From an uncultured Bacilli bacterium (GTDB lineage: Bacteria > Bacillota_I > Bacilli_A > RF39 > UBA660): a stretch of DNA of 64,000 nt. Shown piece after piece: positions 18,671 to 27,800 of the stretch. The stretch lies in contig CAKPCH010000002.1 in the NCBI GenBank assembly GCA_934141535.1, forward strand, positions 11,914 to 75,913, given 5' to 3'. The translations under genes and the position numbers were made by a program. Positions within the stretch are counted from its first letter, which is position 1, and the number at the start of each line of letters is the position of its first letter. Below the pieces are notes generated by a model. The model worked only from the letters and a program-made list of their open reading frames with translations. It was not told the origin of the DNA and ran no database searches.

Positions 18671-20635
18671 TTATTCAGATATTGTATCAAATTGTGAATT
18701 ATATAACTCTGCATAAAATCCATTTTGATTTATAAGTTCATTATGATTTCCTTGTTCAATTATATTTCCATCTTTCATGACAAGTATTAAATCTGCATTT
18801 TTTATAGTAGATAATCTATGGGCAATTATAAATGATGTTCTACCATGTGTTAATTTATCCATAGCTTTACTAACTAATTCTTCTGTTCTTGTATCAACAT
18901 TAGAAGTTGCTTCATCTAGTATTAAGAATGGTGCATCTTTAATCATACCACGAGCTATAGTTAATAGTTGTTTTTGACCTTGACTAATTGAATCACTATC
19001 ACTTAATACTGAATCTAATCCACCAGGTAATGTTTTTATGAAGTGGTCAACCCCTACTACTTTACAAGCTTCCCAGATTTGATCATCATTTACATCTTCT
19101 TTATTAAACTTAATATTATCTCTAATAGTTCCATCAAATAACCAAGTGTCTTGAAGTACCATTATAAATAAATCATGAATGTTTTCACGTGTTAAATCAT
19201 TAATTGATACTCCATCTATTAATATATCTCCCTTATTAATTTCATAGAATTTCATAAGTAAATTAACAATAGTAGTTTTACCAGCTCCAGTAGGTCCTAC
19301 TATAGCTATTTTTTGACCCTTTTTAGCTTTAGCACTAAAATCATTTATAATAGTTCTATTTTTATCATATCCGAATGAAACATTTTTAAATTCTATTTCA
19401 CCTTTTACTTTAGATATATCTAAATGTTTTTTCTTATCATTTTCTAAAACCATTTCATCCTCATCAAGGAAATCAAATACACGTTCACTAGCAGCTGCTA
19501 CTGATTGTAATGAAGTCATAGCTTGCGCTATTTGTGATAATGGATTAGTAAATAGTCTTACATAAATCATAAATGCTACTATTACACCAAAAGATATTTT
19601 ACCTTTCATTACTAAAACAGCACCAGCTATACAAACAGCAACATATCCTAAATTACCAACGAATCCCATTATAGGTGGCATAAGTCCTGATAAAAATGCA
19701 CTCTTTCTATTAGAATCATATAAACCATCATTTAATGCATCAAATTCTTTATTAGATAGCTTTTCTCCATTATAAGCTTTTACTACATTATGAGCTGAAT
19801 ATACTTCTTCTATATATCCATTTAAATCACCTAATTGCTTTTGTCTTAAAATAAAATATTTTTGAGAATTCTTAAGAATAATTGCTATTAAACTAAATCC
19901 TAATATACTTGTAAGTATCGCTGTAATTGCCATTATACCATTAGTTACAAACATCATAATAATTGAACCTATAAATAAAGTTATACTAGTTACAAGTGTA
20001 GCTAATGAGTTATTTAAATTTTGTGCAATTGTATCTACGTCATTAGTAACTCTTGATAATACATCCCCTGTTTCATGTGTATCAAAATACTTTAAAGGCA
20101 ATTTGTTTATTTTATTACTTATATTAGTCCTTAAAGATTGTGCAAATCTATTTGAAACATGTGTCATAGCAAATGACTCTATATAACTAAATATAGCACT
20201 CACTAAATAAAGAATTGCTAATAGTATTGCTATTTGTTTTATTCTTTCTATATTCATTTTTGGTTCTATTTTATTATAAATAGATTTTGGAAGATTATCT
20301 AATTCTTCTAATATATTATCTGTTTTACCTTCTTTATATTCTTCCATAAGAATTGATAATTCTTTTTTATCTTCATCTGATATATCTTTATCAGTCATTA
20401 TTTCTTTTATTACTTCTTCACTTATATTAGGTTTTATACCATCAGTTATAAGATCTGTAATTGAAGATAATTTATTAGGTGCTATTAAAGCTATAATAGC
20501 ACTTATCATAGCAAGTATTAAAGAAACATACATAGCTATCTTCCAAGGACTTAACCCCTTTAATAGTCTTTTCATTGAGCCAGAAAAGTCTTTTGATTTT
20601 TCTAATCCAGCTCCATGTGATCCCATTCTAGGCAT
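18671..20635 (-). CDS. ABC transporter, fused permease/ATPase (exporter half-transporter)
   Basis: Six-TM domain followed by GPTGAGKTT (Walker A), ISQGQKQLLTIARG (signature), LILDEATSNVD (Walker B). Confidence 0.93.
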   Translation of the reverse strand: MPRMGSHGAGLEKSKDFSGSMKRLLKGLSPWKIAMYVSLILAMISAIIALIAPNKLSSITDLITDGIKPNISEEVIKEIMTDKDISDEDKKELSILMEEYKEGKTDNILEELDNLPKSIYNKIEPKMNIERIKQIAILLAILYLVSAIFSYIESFAMTHVSNRFAQSLRTNISNKINKLPLKYFDTHETGDVLSRVTNDVDTIAQNLNNSLATLVTSITLFIGSIIMMFVTNGIMAITAILTSILGFSLIAIILKNSQKYFILRQKQLGDLNGYIEEVYSAHNVVKAYNGEKLSNKEFDALNDGLYDSNRKSAFLSGLMPPIMGFVGNLGYVAVCIAGAVLVMKGKISFGVIVAFMIYVRLFTNPLSQIAQAMTSLQSVAAASERVFDFLDEDEMVLENDKKKHLDISKVKGEIEFKNVSFGYDKNRTIINDFSAKAKKGQKIAIVGPTGAGKTTIVNLLMKFYEINKGDILIDGVSINDLTRENIHDLFIMVLQDTWLFDGTIRDNIKFNKEDVNDDQIWEACKVVGVDHFIKTLPGGLDSVLSDSDSISQGQKQLLTIARGMIKDAPFLILDEATSNVDTRTEELVSKAMDKLTHGRTSFIIAHRLSTIKNADLILVMKDGNIIEQGNHNELINQNGFYAELYNSQFDTISE

Positions 20636-22388
20636 TCTCTAACTCCTCCTTTGAAAGTTGTGATAAAGCAATTTCTTTATATACTTTACACTTTTTTAAT
20701 AATTCTTTATGTGTGCCTATACCAACGCATTCACCTTTATCAAGTACAACTATTTTATCTGCATTTATAATTGTTCCTATACGTTGTGCAACTATCATAC
20801 TTGTAGCATCTTTTGTATAATTTTTTAATTCTTTTCTTAATACTAAGTCTGTCTTATAATCAAGTGCTGAAAATGAATCATCAAATATATATATTTCTGG
20901 GTCTCTAGCAATAGCACGTGCTATTGCTAATCTTTGTTTTTGACCACCTGATATATTTGTACCACCTCTAGCTATATGTGATTCATAACTTTTAGGCATT
21001 TTAAGTACAAATTCTTCTCCTTGTGCTACTTTAATAGCATCCTTAATTTTATCTTTTGTTATTTCTTTTAATGATTCACCATAAGAAACATTAGAACTTA
21101 CTGTACCTGTAAACATAACTGCTTTTTGAGGCACATAACCAAGTTTATTATGTAAGGCTTCTAGTGTATAATCTTTAACATTTATACCATCTACTAAAAC
21201 TTCTCCATCAGTAACATCATAAAATCTTGGAACTAAATTAATTAATGTACTTTTACCACTACCTGTAGATCCTATAAATGCTATAGTTTCTCCTTTATTT
21301 ACTTTAAATGAAATATTATTTAATAAATATTCATCTGCATCAGGATATTTAAATGAAACATTTTTAAATTCTACTGTACCTGTTTCTTTAGTTTTATAAG
21401 TATTTAGATTACCATCTTTTATAGCAACTTCTTCATCTAATACTTCATTAATACGACGTGCAGAAACAGATGCTCTTGGCCATATCATAAATATCATAGC
21501 AAGCATTAAGAATGCCATAATTACTTGCATACCATAACTTGAGAATACTATCATATTACTAAATAAAGTAATTTTACCAGATATAATAGCATTTGATATT
21601 AAATATGCTCCTATAAAGTATATTCCAAGAGTTAAAAAGTGCATAACTATATTCATAACTGGATTTAATATAGCAAAACATTTTTGGTTAAACATTTGAT
21701 TTTTTGTAAGATCATTATTAACATCATCAAATCTATTTTTTTGATAATCTTCAGCATTAAAAGCACGTATTACTCTAATACCAGTTAGATTTTCTCTTGT
21801 TACACCATTTATTTTATCTATTAATTTTTGAACTATTTCAAATCTAGGCATTACTATTATCATAAGTGTTGTTATAACTGCTAAAAGAATTACTACTCCA
21901 GCACCCGTTAACATACTCCATTCAATACTTTTATTAATTATTTTTGATATTGCCCAAATTGCCATGATAGGTGCTCTAAATATCATTTGAAGTCCCATTG
22001 ATATAAACATTTCTATTTGAGTAACATCGTTAGTTGTACGTGTTATTAAACTGCTAGTTGAAAATTTCTTAATTTCTTGTGTACTAAATTCTTCTACTTT
22101 TCTAAATATTTTACTTCTTAATATTAATGATGAATTAGCTGCTATAATAGATGCAAAATAGCCAACAAAAACAGCGGCTATCAAACTTCCAAATGCGCAC
22201 CCAAGCATATAACCACCTTGGAGTAATATATCCCCTATGTTATTTCCATCTTTTTGTATAAGTGTTGTTATCGCACTCATATAATCCGGTATCTTTAATT
22301 CTAACCAAACTTGAAGTACTACTAATATTAAACTAAGTACTACAAAGACTAAATCTTTTATACTTAAGTTTTTAAATAATTTAAACAT
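20628..22388 (-). CDS. ABC transporter, fused permease/ATPase (heterodimer partner)
   Basis: GSTGSGKST, ISGGQKQRLAIARA, IYIFDDSFSALD; 8-nt overlap with the downstream partner. Promoter TTGACA-18-TATATT upstream. Confidence 0.93.
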   Translation of the reverse strand: MFKLFKNLSIKDLVFVVLSLILVVLQVWLELKIPDYMSAITTLIQKDGNNIGDILLQGGYMLGCAFGSLIAAVFVGYFASIIAANSSLILRSKIFRKVEEFSTQEIKKFSTSSLITRTTNDVTQIEMFISMGLQMIFRAPIMAIWAISKIINKSIEWSMLTGAGVVILLAVITTLMIIVMPRFEIVQKLIDKINGVTRENLTGIRVIRAFNAEDYQKNRFDDVNNDLTKNQMFNQKCFAILNPVMNIVMHFLTLGIYFIGAYLISNAIISGKITLFSNMIVFSSYGMQVIMAFLMLAMIFMIWPRASVSARRINEVLDEEVAIKDGNLNTYKTKETGTVEFKNVSFKYPDADEYLLNNISFKVNKGETIAFIGSTGSGKSTLINLVPRFYDVTDGEVLVDGINVKDYTLEALHNKLGYVPQKAVMFTGTVSSNVSYGESLKEITKDKIKDAIKVAQGEEFVLKMPKSYESHIARGGTNISGGQKQRLAIARAIARDPEIYIFDDSFSALDYKTDLVLRKELKNYTKDATSMIVAQRIGTIINADKIVVLDKGECVGIGTHKELLKKCKVYKEIALSQLSKEELENA

Positions 22389-22529
22389 TAAATCACCTTT
22401 TCTATTATAATATTTTGGACTCTTAAACCGTCTATTTAAATATATACTTTAAGATTTTTTTTGTCAATGATTTTCACAAAAAGTTCATTATTTTTTTAAT
22501 ATTTTTTTGTATTAAAACATATTATTTTA

Positions 22530-22558
22530 TTGACAAAAAGATTTGTATAGTGTAAAAT
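22530..22558 (+). promoter_or_regulatory. Sigma-A-type promoter of tRNA-Cys
   Basis: TTGACA (22530-22535), 17 nt, TAAAAT (22553-22558), about 19 nt before the tRNA. Confidence 0.6.
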
Positions 22559-22576
22559 TATATTTGTCGAACAAAT

Positions 22577-22650
22577 GGGTCTATAGCCAAGTGGTAAGGC
22601 GTGGGACTGCAACTCCCTGATCGTTGGTTCAAATCCGACTAGGCCCTCCA
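22577..22650 (+). tRNA. tRNA-Cys (anticodon GCA), CCA encoded
   Basis: GGGTCTA..GGGACTGCAACTCCC..GGTTCAAATCC..TAGGCCC T CCA; the hand-folded cloverleaf is consistent. Confidence 0.9.
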
Positions 22651-22690
22651 TTAAAAATATATTCTAATTTTTTTAGAAATTAATATAAAA

Positions 22691-22719
22691 ATATCAAGTT
22701 TAAATCTTGATATTTTTTC
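22691..22719 (+). terminator. Terminator after tRNA-Cys
   Basis: ATATCAAG (22691-22698) / CTTGATAT (22706-22713) plus T6. Confidence 0.75.
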
Positions 22720-22763
22720 TTTAGTCAAACTAATAATTTCATTTAACTTTATACTTTTTAATT

Positions 22764-23606
22764 CTATTTATTAAATAATTCTTCTACAATTAAATCCCTT
22801 GAATGTAAATTATTATTTTTACCCAATAATAAGTTTTCATAGAATTTAATTAAGAAACTATTATCTTGTTTTATATTTAAATAATTATTAAAATAATTAC
22901 TTCTTACTAATGCATTTCTATAATAAACTGATTTTTCTTTGAACATTAAGTTGTCCATATCATATCCAAGTGATACTAAATACTTTTCTATAAATAATGC
23001 TGTAGTTCTAGTATTTCCTTCTCTAAAAGGATGGATTTGCCATATGCTTGAAGAAAAGTTAGTTATATTATTAATTACATCAACTATATTCATTTCATTA
23101 TAGTTTTTATTTTTTTCTAATGATATATCATAATCTAATGATTGCTCTAATAATTTGCAATCACCATAAGCAACTGAATCATTATTTAAAATTCTTTCGT
23201 GTTTAGAAAAATCTACTTTTCTAAATTTTCCTGCAAATTCATAAACATCTTTAAATAAATATTCATGAATATATTTTATATAGTCTACTGATAGCTCAAA
23301 CTTATCCTCTTCTAATAATTGGACTATTCTAGTTGAAACTAAATCACATTCAAATTCTTCTTGAATTGTTTTATCAGTTTTATCTTTTTCTACATAATAT
23401 TGTCTTAGCTCATGTTCAACTTCATAAATTGTTTTTTCACCTGTTACATTTTCTTGTAACAACTTTTCTAAATATTTAGATGGTTTTAAGTTATCAACTT
23501 CTTGAAGTCCAATAGCCATATCCCATTGTAGTTGTTTTACATAGTTTTTAGGTGTTTCTGTTTCAATATAATCATTTATACTTGAATCTAATTCTCTCTC
23601 AGACAT
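22764..23606 (-). CDS. Fic/Doc-family protein with N-terminal VbhA-like (in-cis inhibitory) segment
   Basis: Fic core HPFREGNTRTTA (non-canonical: GNGR becomes GNTR, and the last Arg is absent). The N-terminal WDMAIGLQEVDNLKPSKYL resembles the VbhA antitoxin helix (..ASQRLEGLEP..). Confidence 0.8.
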   Translation of the reverse strand: MSERELDSSINDYIETETPKNYVKQLQWDMAIGLQEVDNLKPSKYLEKLLQENVTGEKTIYEVEHELRQYYVEKDKTDKTIQEEFECDLVSTRIVQLLEEDKFELSVDYIKYIHEYLFKDVYEFAGKFRKVDFSKHERILNNDSVAYGDCKLLEQSLDYDISLEKNKNYNEMNIVDVINNITNFSSSIWQIHPFREGNTRTTALFIEKYLVSLGYDMDNLMFKEKSVYYRNALVRSNYFNNYLNIKQDNSFLIKFYENLLLGKNNNLHSRDLIVEELFNK

Positions 23607-23837
23607 CTTAGCACCTCCACTAATAACATTATAACAAAAAAGTTCCTATTTGTCAGTATCATACACATAAAAAAGAAATTTTAAAGTACATTTTCTTAGG
23701 TTTTATATCTTTGACAAAATAAATGAAAAAACATAAATTTTCATTAGATTTGTCAAAAAAATTTTAACTTATTTTAAATTTGTGTACCTAAAAGTGTACC
23801 TAAAATTACTTAATAGGTCTAAAACCCTTTAATATAA

Positions 23838-23931
23838 ACAAAAATGGAGCCTTTCGGCTCCTTCAGGGGGTTTTTGGTTTGTGTTCTCACATATAAGCTT
23901 CGTAAAGAACACTTGGTATGATTCTCATACC
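23838..23931 (-). ncRNA. Candidate small RNA (or structured recG 3' extension) with its own promoter
   Basis: Minus strand TTGACT (23966-23961), 17 nt, TATACT (23943-23938), located immediately after the recG stop. The RNA has hairpin GGUAUGA-GAA-UCAUACC, hairpin GUGUUCU...AGAACAC, unpaired AAACCAAAAACCCCCUGAA, and terminator GGAGCC-GAAA-GGCUCC plus AUUUUUGUUU. No SD or ORF. Confidence 0.5.
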
Positions 23932-23992
23932 ATATTAAGTATAAATGATTTTTTATAAATAGTCAATACCCTTTTCATTCACAAAAATATAT

Positions 23993-25963
23993 TTAATCTA
24001 AATTAACAAATTGTCTTAAATAAATTTTTAAATTATCATAATTATCAATATTTTCTATTATACTTTCTGTATCCTCTTTTGCTTTAAGTAATATATTAAA
24101 ATTTTCTTTCAAATTAGCTATCTTAAAACTCATATCTCCACTTTGCTTTACACCAAATAAATCTCCACTACCACGTAATTTAAAATCTTCTTCACTTATT
24201 TTAAATCCATCTAGAGTTTTAGTCATTATATTAAGTCTTTCTGCTTCCTTATCACTTATAAGTATACAATAACCCTGTAAATCATTTCTTCCTACTCTTC
24301 CTCTTAATTGATGAAGTTGTGATAATCCAAATCTATATGCATCAAATATGGTAATTACTGTAGCATTTTTTACATCTACTCCAACTTCTATAACGGTTGT
24401 ACTAATTAAAATAGATATTTCACCATTCTTAAATTCATTCATTACCTTATCTTTATCTTTTTCATCCATCTTACCATGCATAATACCTATTTTACATATT
24501 TTACCAAAAGCACTAGTAAATTGCTCTTCTAGTTTATATACATTTTCTAAATCTATTTTATCTGATTCTTCTATTAATGGAGCAATTACATATATTTGAT
24601 GTTTATTTTTTATTTCTTGATATATTATGTTTAATACATCTTTTATTTCATTTGTTTTCTTTAAATAAGTAATTATTTCTTTTCTACCACTAGGTAATGT
24701 ATGTATACTTGATATATCCATATCACCATATATAGTTAGTGCATAAGTTCTAGGTATTGGTGTAGCACTCATATATAATATATCGGGTGTTATACCTTTA
24801 TTTTTTAGATTACCTCTTTGTGCGACACCAAATCTATGTTGTTCATCTGTTATAACTAATCCCAAATTACTATAGATGACATCATCACTAAACAAAGCAT
24901 GAGTACCAACTAATATATCTATTTCTTTATTTTGTAATTTTTTTATTATTTCTTTTTTATTTTTACTTTTACCTGTTAATATTTCTATGTTTACATTATA
25001 ATTTTTAAACATATTCTTTAAAGTAATAAAATGTTGTTGCGCTAAAACTTCTGTTGGAGCCATTAAAGCCCCTTGATATCCACCTAAATAATTTATATAA
25101 AGCGCTAAAATAGCTACAACTGTTTTGCCACTTCCTACATCTCCTTGAATTAATCTATTCATTCTTTTTTTGCTTGTTAATTCTTGATATATTTTATCTA
25201 CACAAGTTTTTTGATCAAGAGTTAGTGTAAATGGTAATGATGTTATAAACTCATCTACCATCTCTTTATCTACTACTCTTTCTAAGCCTAATTTACTTTT
25301 ATTATTTAATTTTAAACTATTCATTTTTAACATAAATAAAAATAGTTCTTCATATTTTAAATAAGCTTGAGCTTGTCTTAATTCTAATGTATTATTTGGA
25401 AAATGTATATATTTAAGCGCTAATTCTTTATCTATGAGTTTATATTTTTCTTTTAGATATTGTGGTATATATTCTATACAATCATAACTTTCTATATTTT
25501 TAATAAATACACTTATATCTTTACTAGTAATAGAGCCTATACTATGATAAACAGGTTCTATTACAGGTATATTAGGTAGTGCTTTAAAATAAATATCACT
25601 TGCTGTTATACTGTTATGTAACTTACTATATTTTCCTATTACAGTAATAGTTGTACCTGGTGTTATTTTTGATTTTAAGAAGGCCCTATTAAATATTGTT
25701 ATATTCATTAAATATTTACCTGTATTTAATTTAAATGACATTTTATTCATTTTTTTATTAAAGTAAAAACAAGAAGCATTACTTTCAACAATACCATCTA
25801 TAATAATTTTATCATTTTCTTGTAATTCTTCTATATTACTTCTTTTTATAATATCATATCTAAATGGATAATAACTTATTAAGTCTTCTTTAGTTTTTAT
25901 GCCACTATTCTTTAAGACTTTTGCTGTTTTTTCGCCTATACCCTTTACATTATCTATATCCAT
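23993..25963 (-). CDS. recG: ATP-dependent DNA helicase RecG
   Basis: Wedge/OB N-terminus; GDVGSGKTVVA (motif I), DEQHRFGV (motif II), TATPIPRT-like SATPIPRT, QLHQLRGRVGR. Confidence 0.95.
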   Translation of the reverse strand: MDIDNVKGIGEKTAKVLKNSGIKTKEDLISYYPFRYDIIKRSNIEELQENDKIIIDGIVESNASCFYFNKKMNKMSFKLNTGKYLMNITIFNRAFLKSKITPGTTITVIGKYSKLHNSITASDIYFKALPNIPVIEPVYHSIGSITSKDISVFIKNIESYDCIEYIPQYLKEKYKLIDKELALKYIHFPNNTLELRQAQAYLKYEELFLFMLKMNSLKLNNKSKLGLERVVDKEMVDEFITSLPFTLTLDQKTCVDKIYQELTSKKRMNRLIQGDVGSGKTVVAILALYINYLGGYQGALMAPTEVLAQQHFITLKNMFKNYNVNIEILTGKSKNKKEIIKKLQNKEIDILVGTHALFSDDVIYSNLGLVITDEQHRFGVAQRGNLKNKGITPDILYMSATPIPRTYALTIYGDMDISSIHTLPSGRKEIITYLKKTNEIKDVLNIIYQEIKNKHQIYVIAPLIEESDKIDLENVYKLEEQFTSAFGKICKIGIMHGKMDEKDKDKVMNEFKNGEISILISTTVIEVGVDVKNATVITIFDAYRFGLSQLHQLRGRVGRNDLQGYCILISDKEAERLNIMTKTLDGFKISEEDFKLRGSGDLFGVKQSGDMSFKIANLKENFNILLKAKEDTESIIENIDNYDNLKIYLRQFVNLD

Positions 25964-25965
25964 AA

Positions 25966-26433
25966 TTATCCTATAAAACTAAATACTCCAAATGAAATTG
26001 CCATCATTATAAGTCCTGCAAGAAGTACACCTAACATAACTGCTATTACAGTTTTCTTAAAGTCTAAATCTAATATAGATGCTGCAAGTGTTCCTGTCCA
26101 AGCGCCCGTTCCAGGTAATGGTATACCAACAAAAATGAAAAGTGCATAATATAATCCTTTACCAGCTTTAGATTCTAATTTTTTACCACCTTGTTCTCCT
26201 TTTTTTAGACACCAAGTAAAAAATTTACCTATATATTTTTTATCTTGTCCCCATACTAATACTTTACGAGCAAATAAATATATTATAGGCACTGGCACCA
26301 TATTTCCTATAATACATATAATAAATGATAAAAGTTTATCTAAGTCCATTCCTACTGCTACTGGTATAGCACCCCTAAGTTCTATAAGAGGTACCATAGA
26401 AATAAAGAATACCATTATATATTTTACTATCAT
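25966..26433 (-). CDS. Small multidrug-export family membrane protein (COG2426-like)
   Basis: MVPLIELRGAIPVA..., GIPLPGTGAWTGTLAA; start ATG 26433 with SD AAAGGTGA. The track N-terminal extension to 26538 is rejected. Confidence 0.7.
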   Translation of the reverse strand: MIVKYIMVFFISMVPLIELRGAIPVAVGMDLDKLLSFIICIIGNMVPVPIIYLFARKVLVWGQDKKYIGKFFTWCLKKGEQGGKKLESKAGKGLYYALFIFVGIPLPGTGAWTGTLAASILDLDFKKTVIAVMLGVLLAGLIMMAISFGVFSFIG

Positions 26434-26564
26434 GTAATCACCTTTTCTAATAATTTTATATATTAAGTATATCACAATATATATAACTTTTTCATAATTT
26501 TTAAGTTTTTTTATTTTTTTAGTAAAAAGGGTTGACAAATCAACAATTTTCGATTAGTATATTA

Positions 26565-26664
26565 GGTACCAATTCGAAAGATTAGGCGAATTGGTGCTAG
26601 TATCACACTAGCCAACCCCTTTTTATTCTTTTATGGAAACTGCTCAGGGGGCAGTTTCTTTTTT
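26565..26664 (+). ncRNA. Candidate orphan small RNA with C-rich unpaired region
   Basis: TTGACA (26532-26537), 17 nt, TAGTAT (26555-26560) on the plus strand between two minus-strand genes. It has an 11-bp hairpin GUACCAAUUCG/CGAAUUGGUGC, a 6-bp hairpin GCUAGU/ACUAGC, unpaired CAACCCCUUUUUAUUC, and terminator GAAACUGC/GCAGUUUC (26636-26658) plus U6. No SD or ORF. Confidence 0.55.
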
Positions 26665-26684
26665 GTATATAAAAATAGAATTTA

Positions 26685-27800
26685 TCAATCAATAAATTCT
26701 ATTAATATATCATTTGATACATATATATATTTAGGATTAATGTATATATTTTTTTTATTTTCTAATAGTTTTTCTTCTTTTAATAATTTTTTTATAATAT
26801 CTATATCTTTTATATCAAATCCATACTTATTATAAAAGTTATCCTTATCTATTCCATTTATTTTTCTAAAACCTAAGATAAATTCATTTTGTAATTTTTC
26901 ATGTTCTGATATAAATCTGCTTTCACTTACATAATTACCACTTAAATATTTATTTAAGTTTTTTGTATTATCATATCTAATATTGTCAATATAACCTGAT
27001 GAACCTATTCCAAAACCATAATATTCTAAATTATTCCAATAAGTCAAATTATGTCTAGATTCATATCCTTTTTTAGAAAAATTACTGATTTCATAATGAA
27101 TATATCCATAAGATTTTAGTTTTTTACATATATATTCATACATTTTATAATCTATATCTTCATCAATTGACTCTGTTTTTTCTATATATAATTTAGTATT
27201 AGGTTCTATCATAAGTGAATATGTTGATATATGTGTTATATCTAAATCTAAAAATAAATCTAAATCTTTATCAATCTCTTCTATTGTCTCACCCGGTATA
27301 GCATATATTAAATCTATATTAATATTATCAAAGCCTATATTTTTAGCTAAAGTTATTTTTTCTAATACCTCTTTTGATGTATGATTTCTATTTAAAAATT
27401 TTAAATATTTTTCATTAAATGTTTGAACTCCTATACTTAATCTATTAACATTATTATTTTTTAATAATTTAAGTTTATCTTGTGTTAGAGTTTCTATATT
27501 ACATTCAAATGTAAATTCTACATTTTTTGACAACTTAAATATTTTTATTATGTCAAATAACTCTTGCAGTTCATAAATATCTAAAGAACTTGGAGTACCT
27601 CCACCAATATAAAGAGTTTTAATAATCTCTCCCTTATACTTGGTTTCTATTTCGTTTCTTAATTCTTTTAAATATTTATTTATCCAATCTTTATTGTAAT
27701 AAAATTTACAAAAATCGCAATATGAGCAAATAGATTTACAAAAAGGAATATGTATATAAACAGATTTTTTACTAATTTCTTGGTTTTCTATTATTTTCAT
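26685..27800 (-). CDS. hemW: Radical-SAM heme chaperone HemW (HemN-like, oxygen-independent coproporphyrinogen oxidase family)
   Basis: YIHIPFCKSICSYCDFC (CxxxCxxC), GGGTPS; downstream of lepA as in B. subtilis. Confidence 0.88.
   Translation of the reverse strand: MKIIENQEISKKSVYIHIPFCKSICSYCDFCKFYYNKDWINKYLKELRNEIETKYKGEIIKTLYIGGGTPSSLDIYELQELFDIIKIFKLSKNVEFTFECNIETLTQDKLKLLKNNNVNRLSIGVQTFNEKYLKFLNRNHTSKEVLEKITLAKNIGFDNINIDLIYAIPGETIEEIDKDLDLFLDLDITHISTYSLMIEPNTKLYIEKTESIDEDIDYKMYEYICKKLKSYGYIHYEISNFSKKGYESRHNLTYWNNLEYYGFGIGSSGYIDNIRYDNTKNLNKYLSGNYVSESRFISEHEKLQNEFILGFRKINGIDKDNFYNKYGFDIKDIDIIKKLLKEEKLLENKKNIYINPKYIYVSNDILIEFID

Noticed and set aside
26434-26538. Long N-terminal extension of the small multidrug-export ORF
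   Set aside because: The extension overlaps the divergent sRNA promoter, is Lys/Ile low-complexity, and an internal ATG (26433) has a good SD and matches the family N-terminus.
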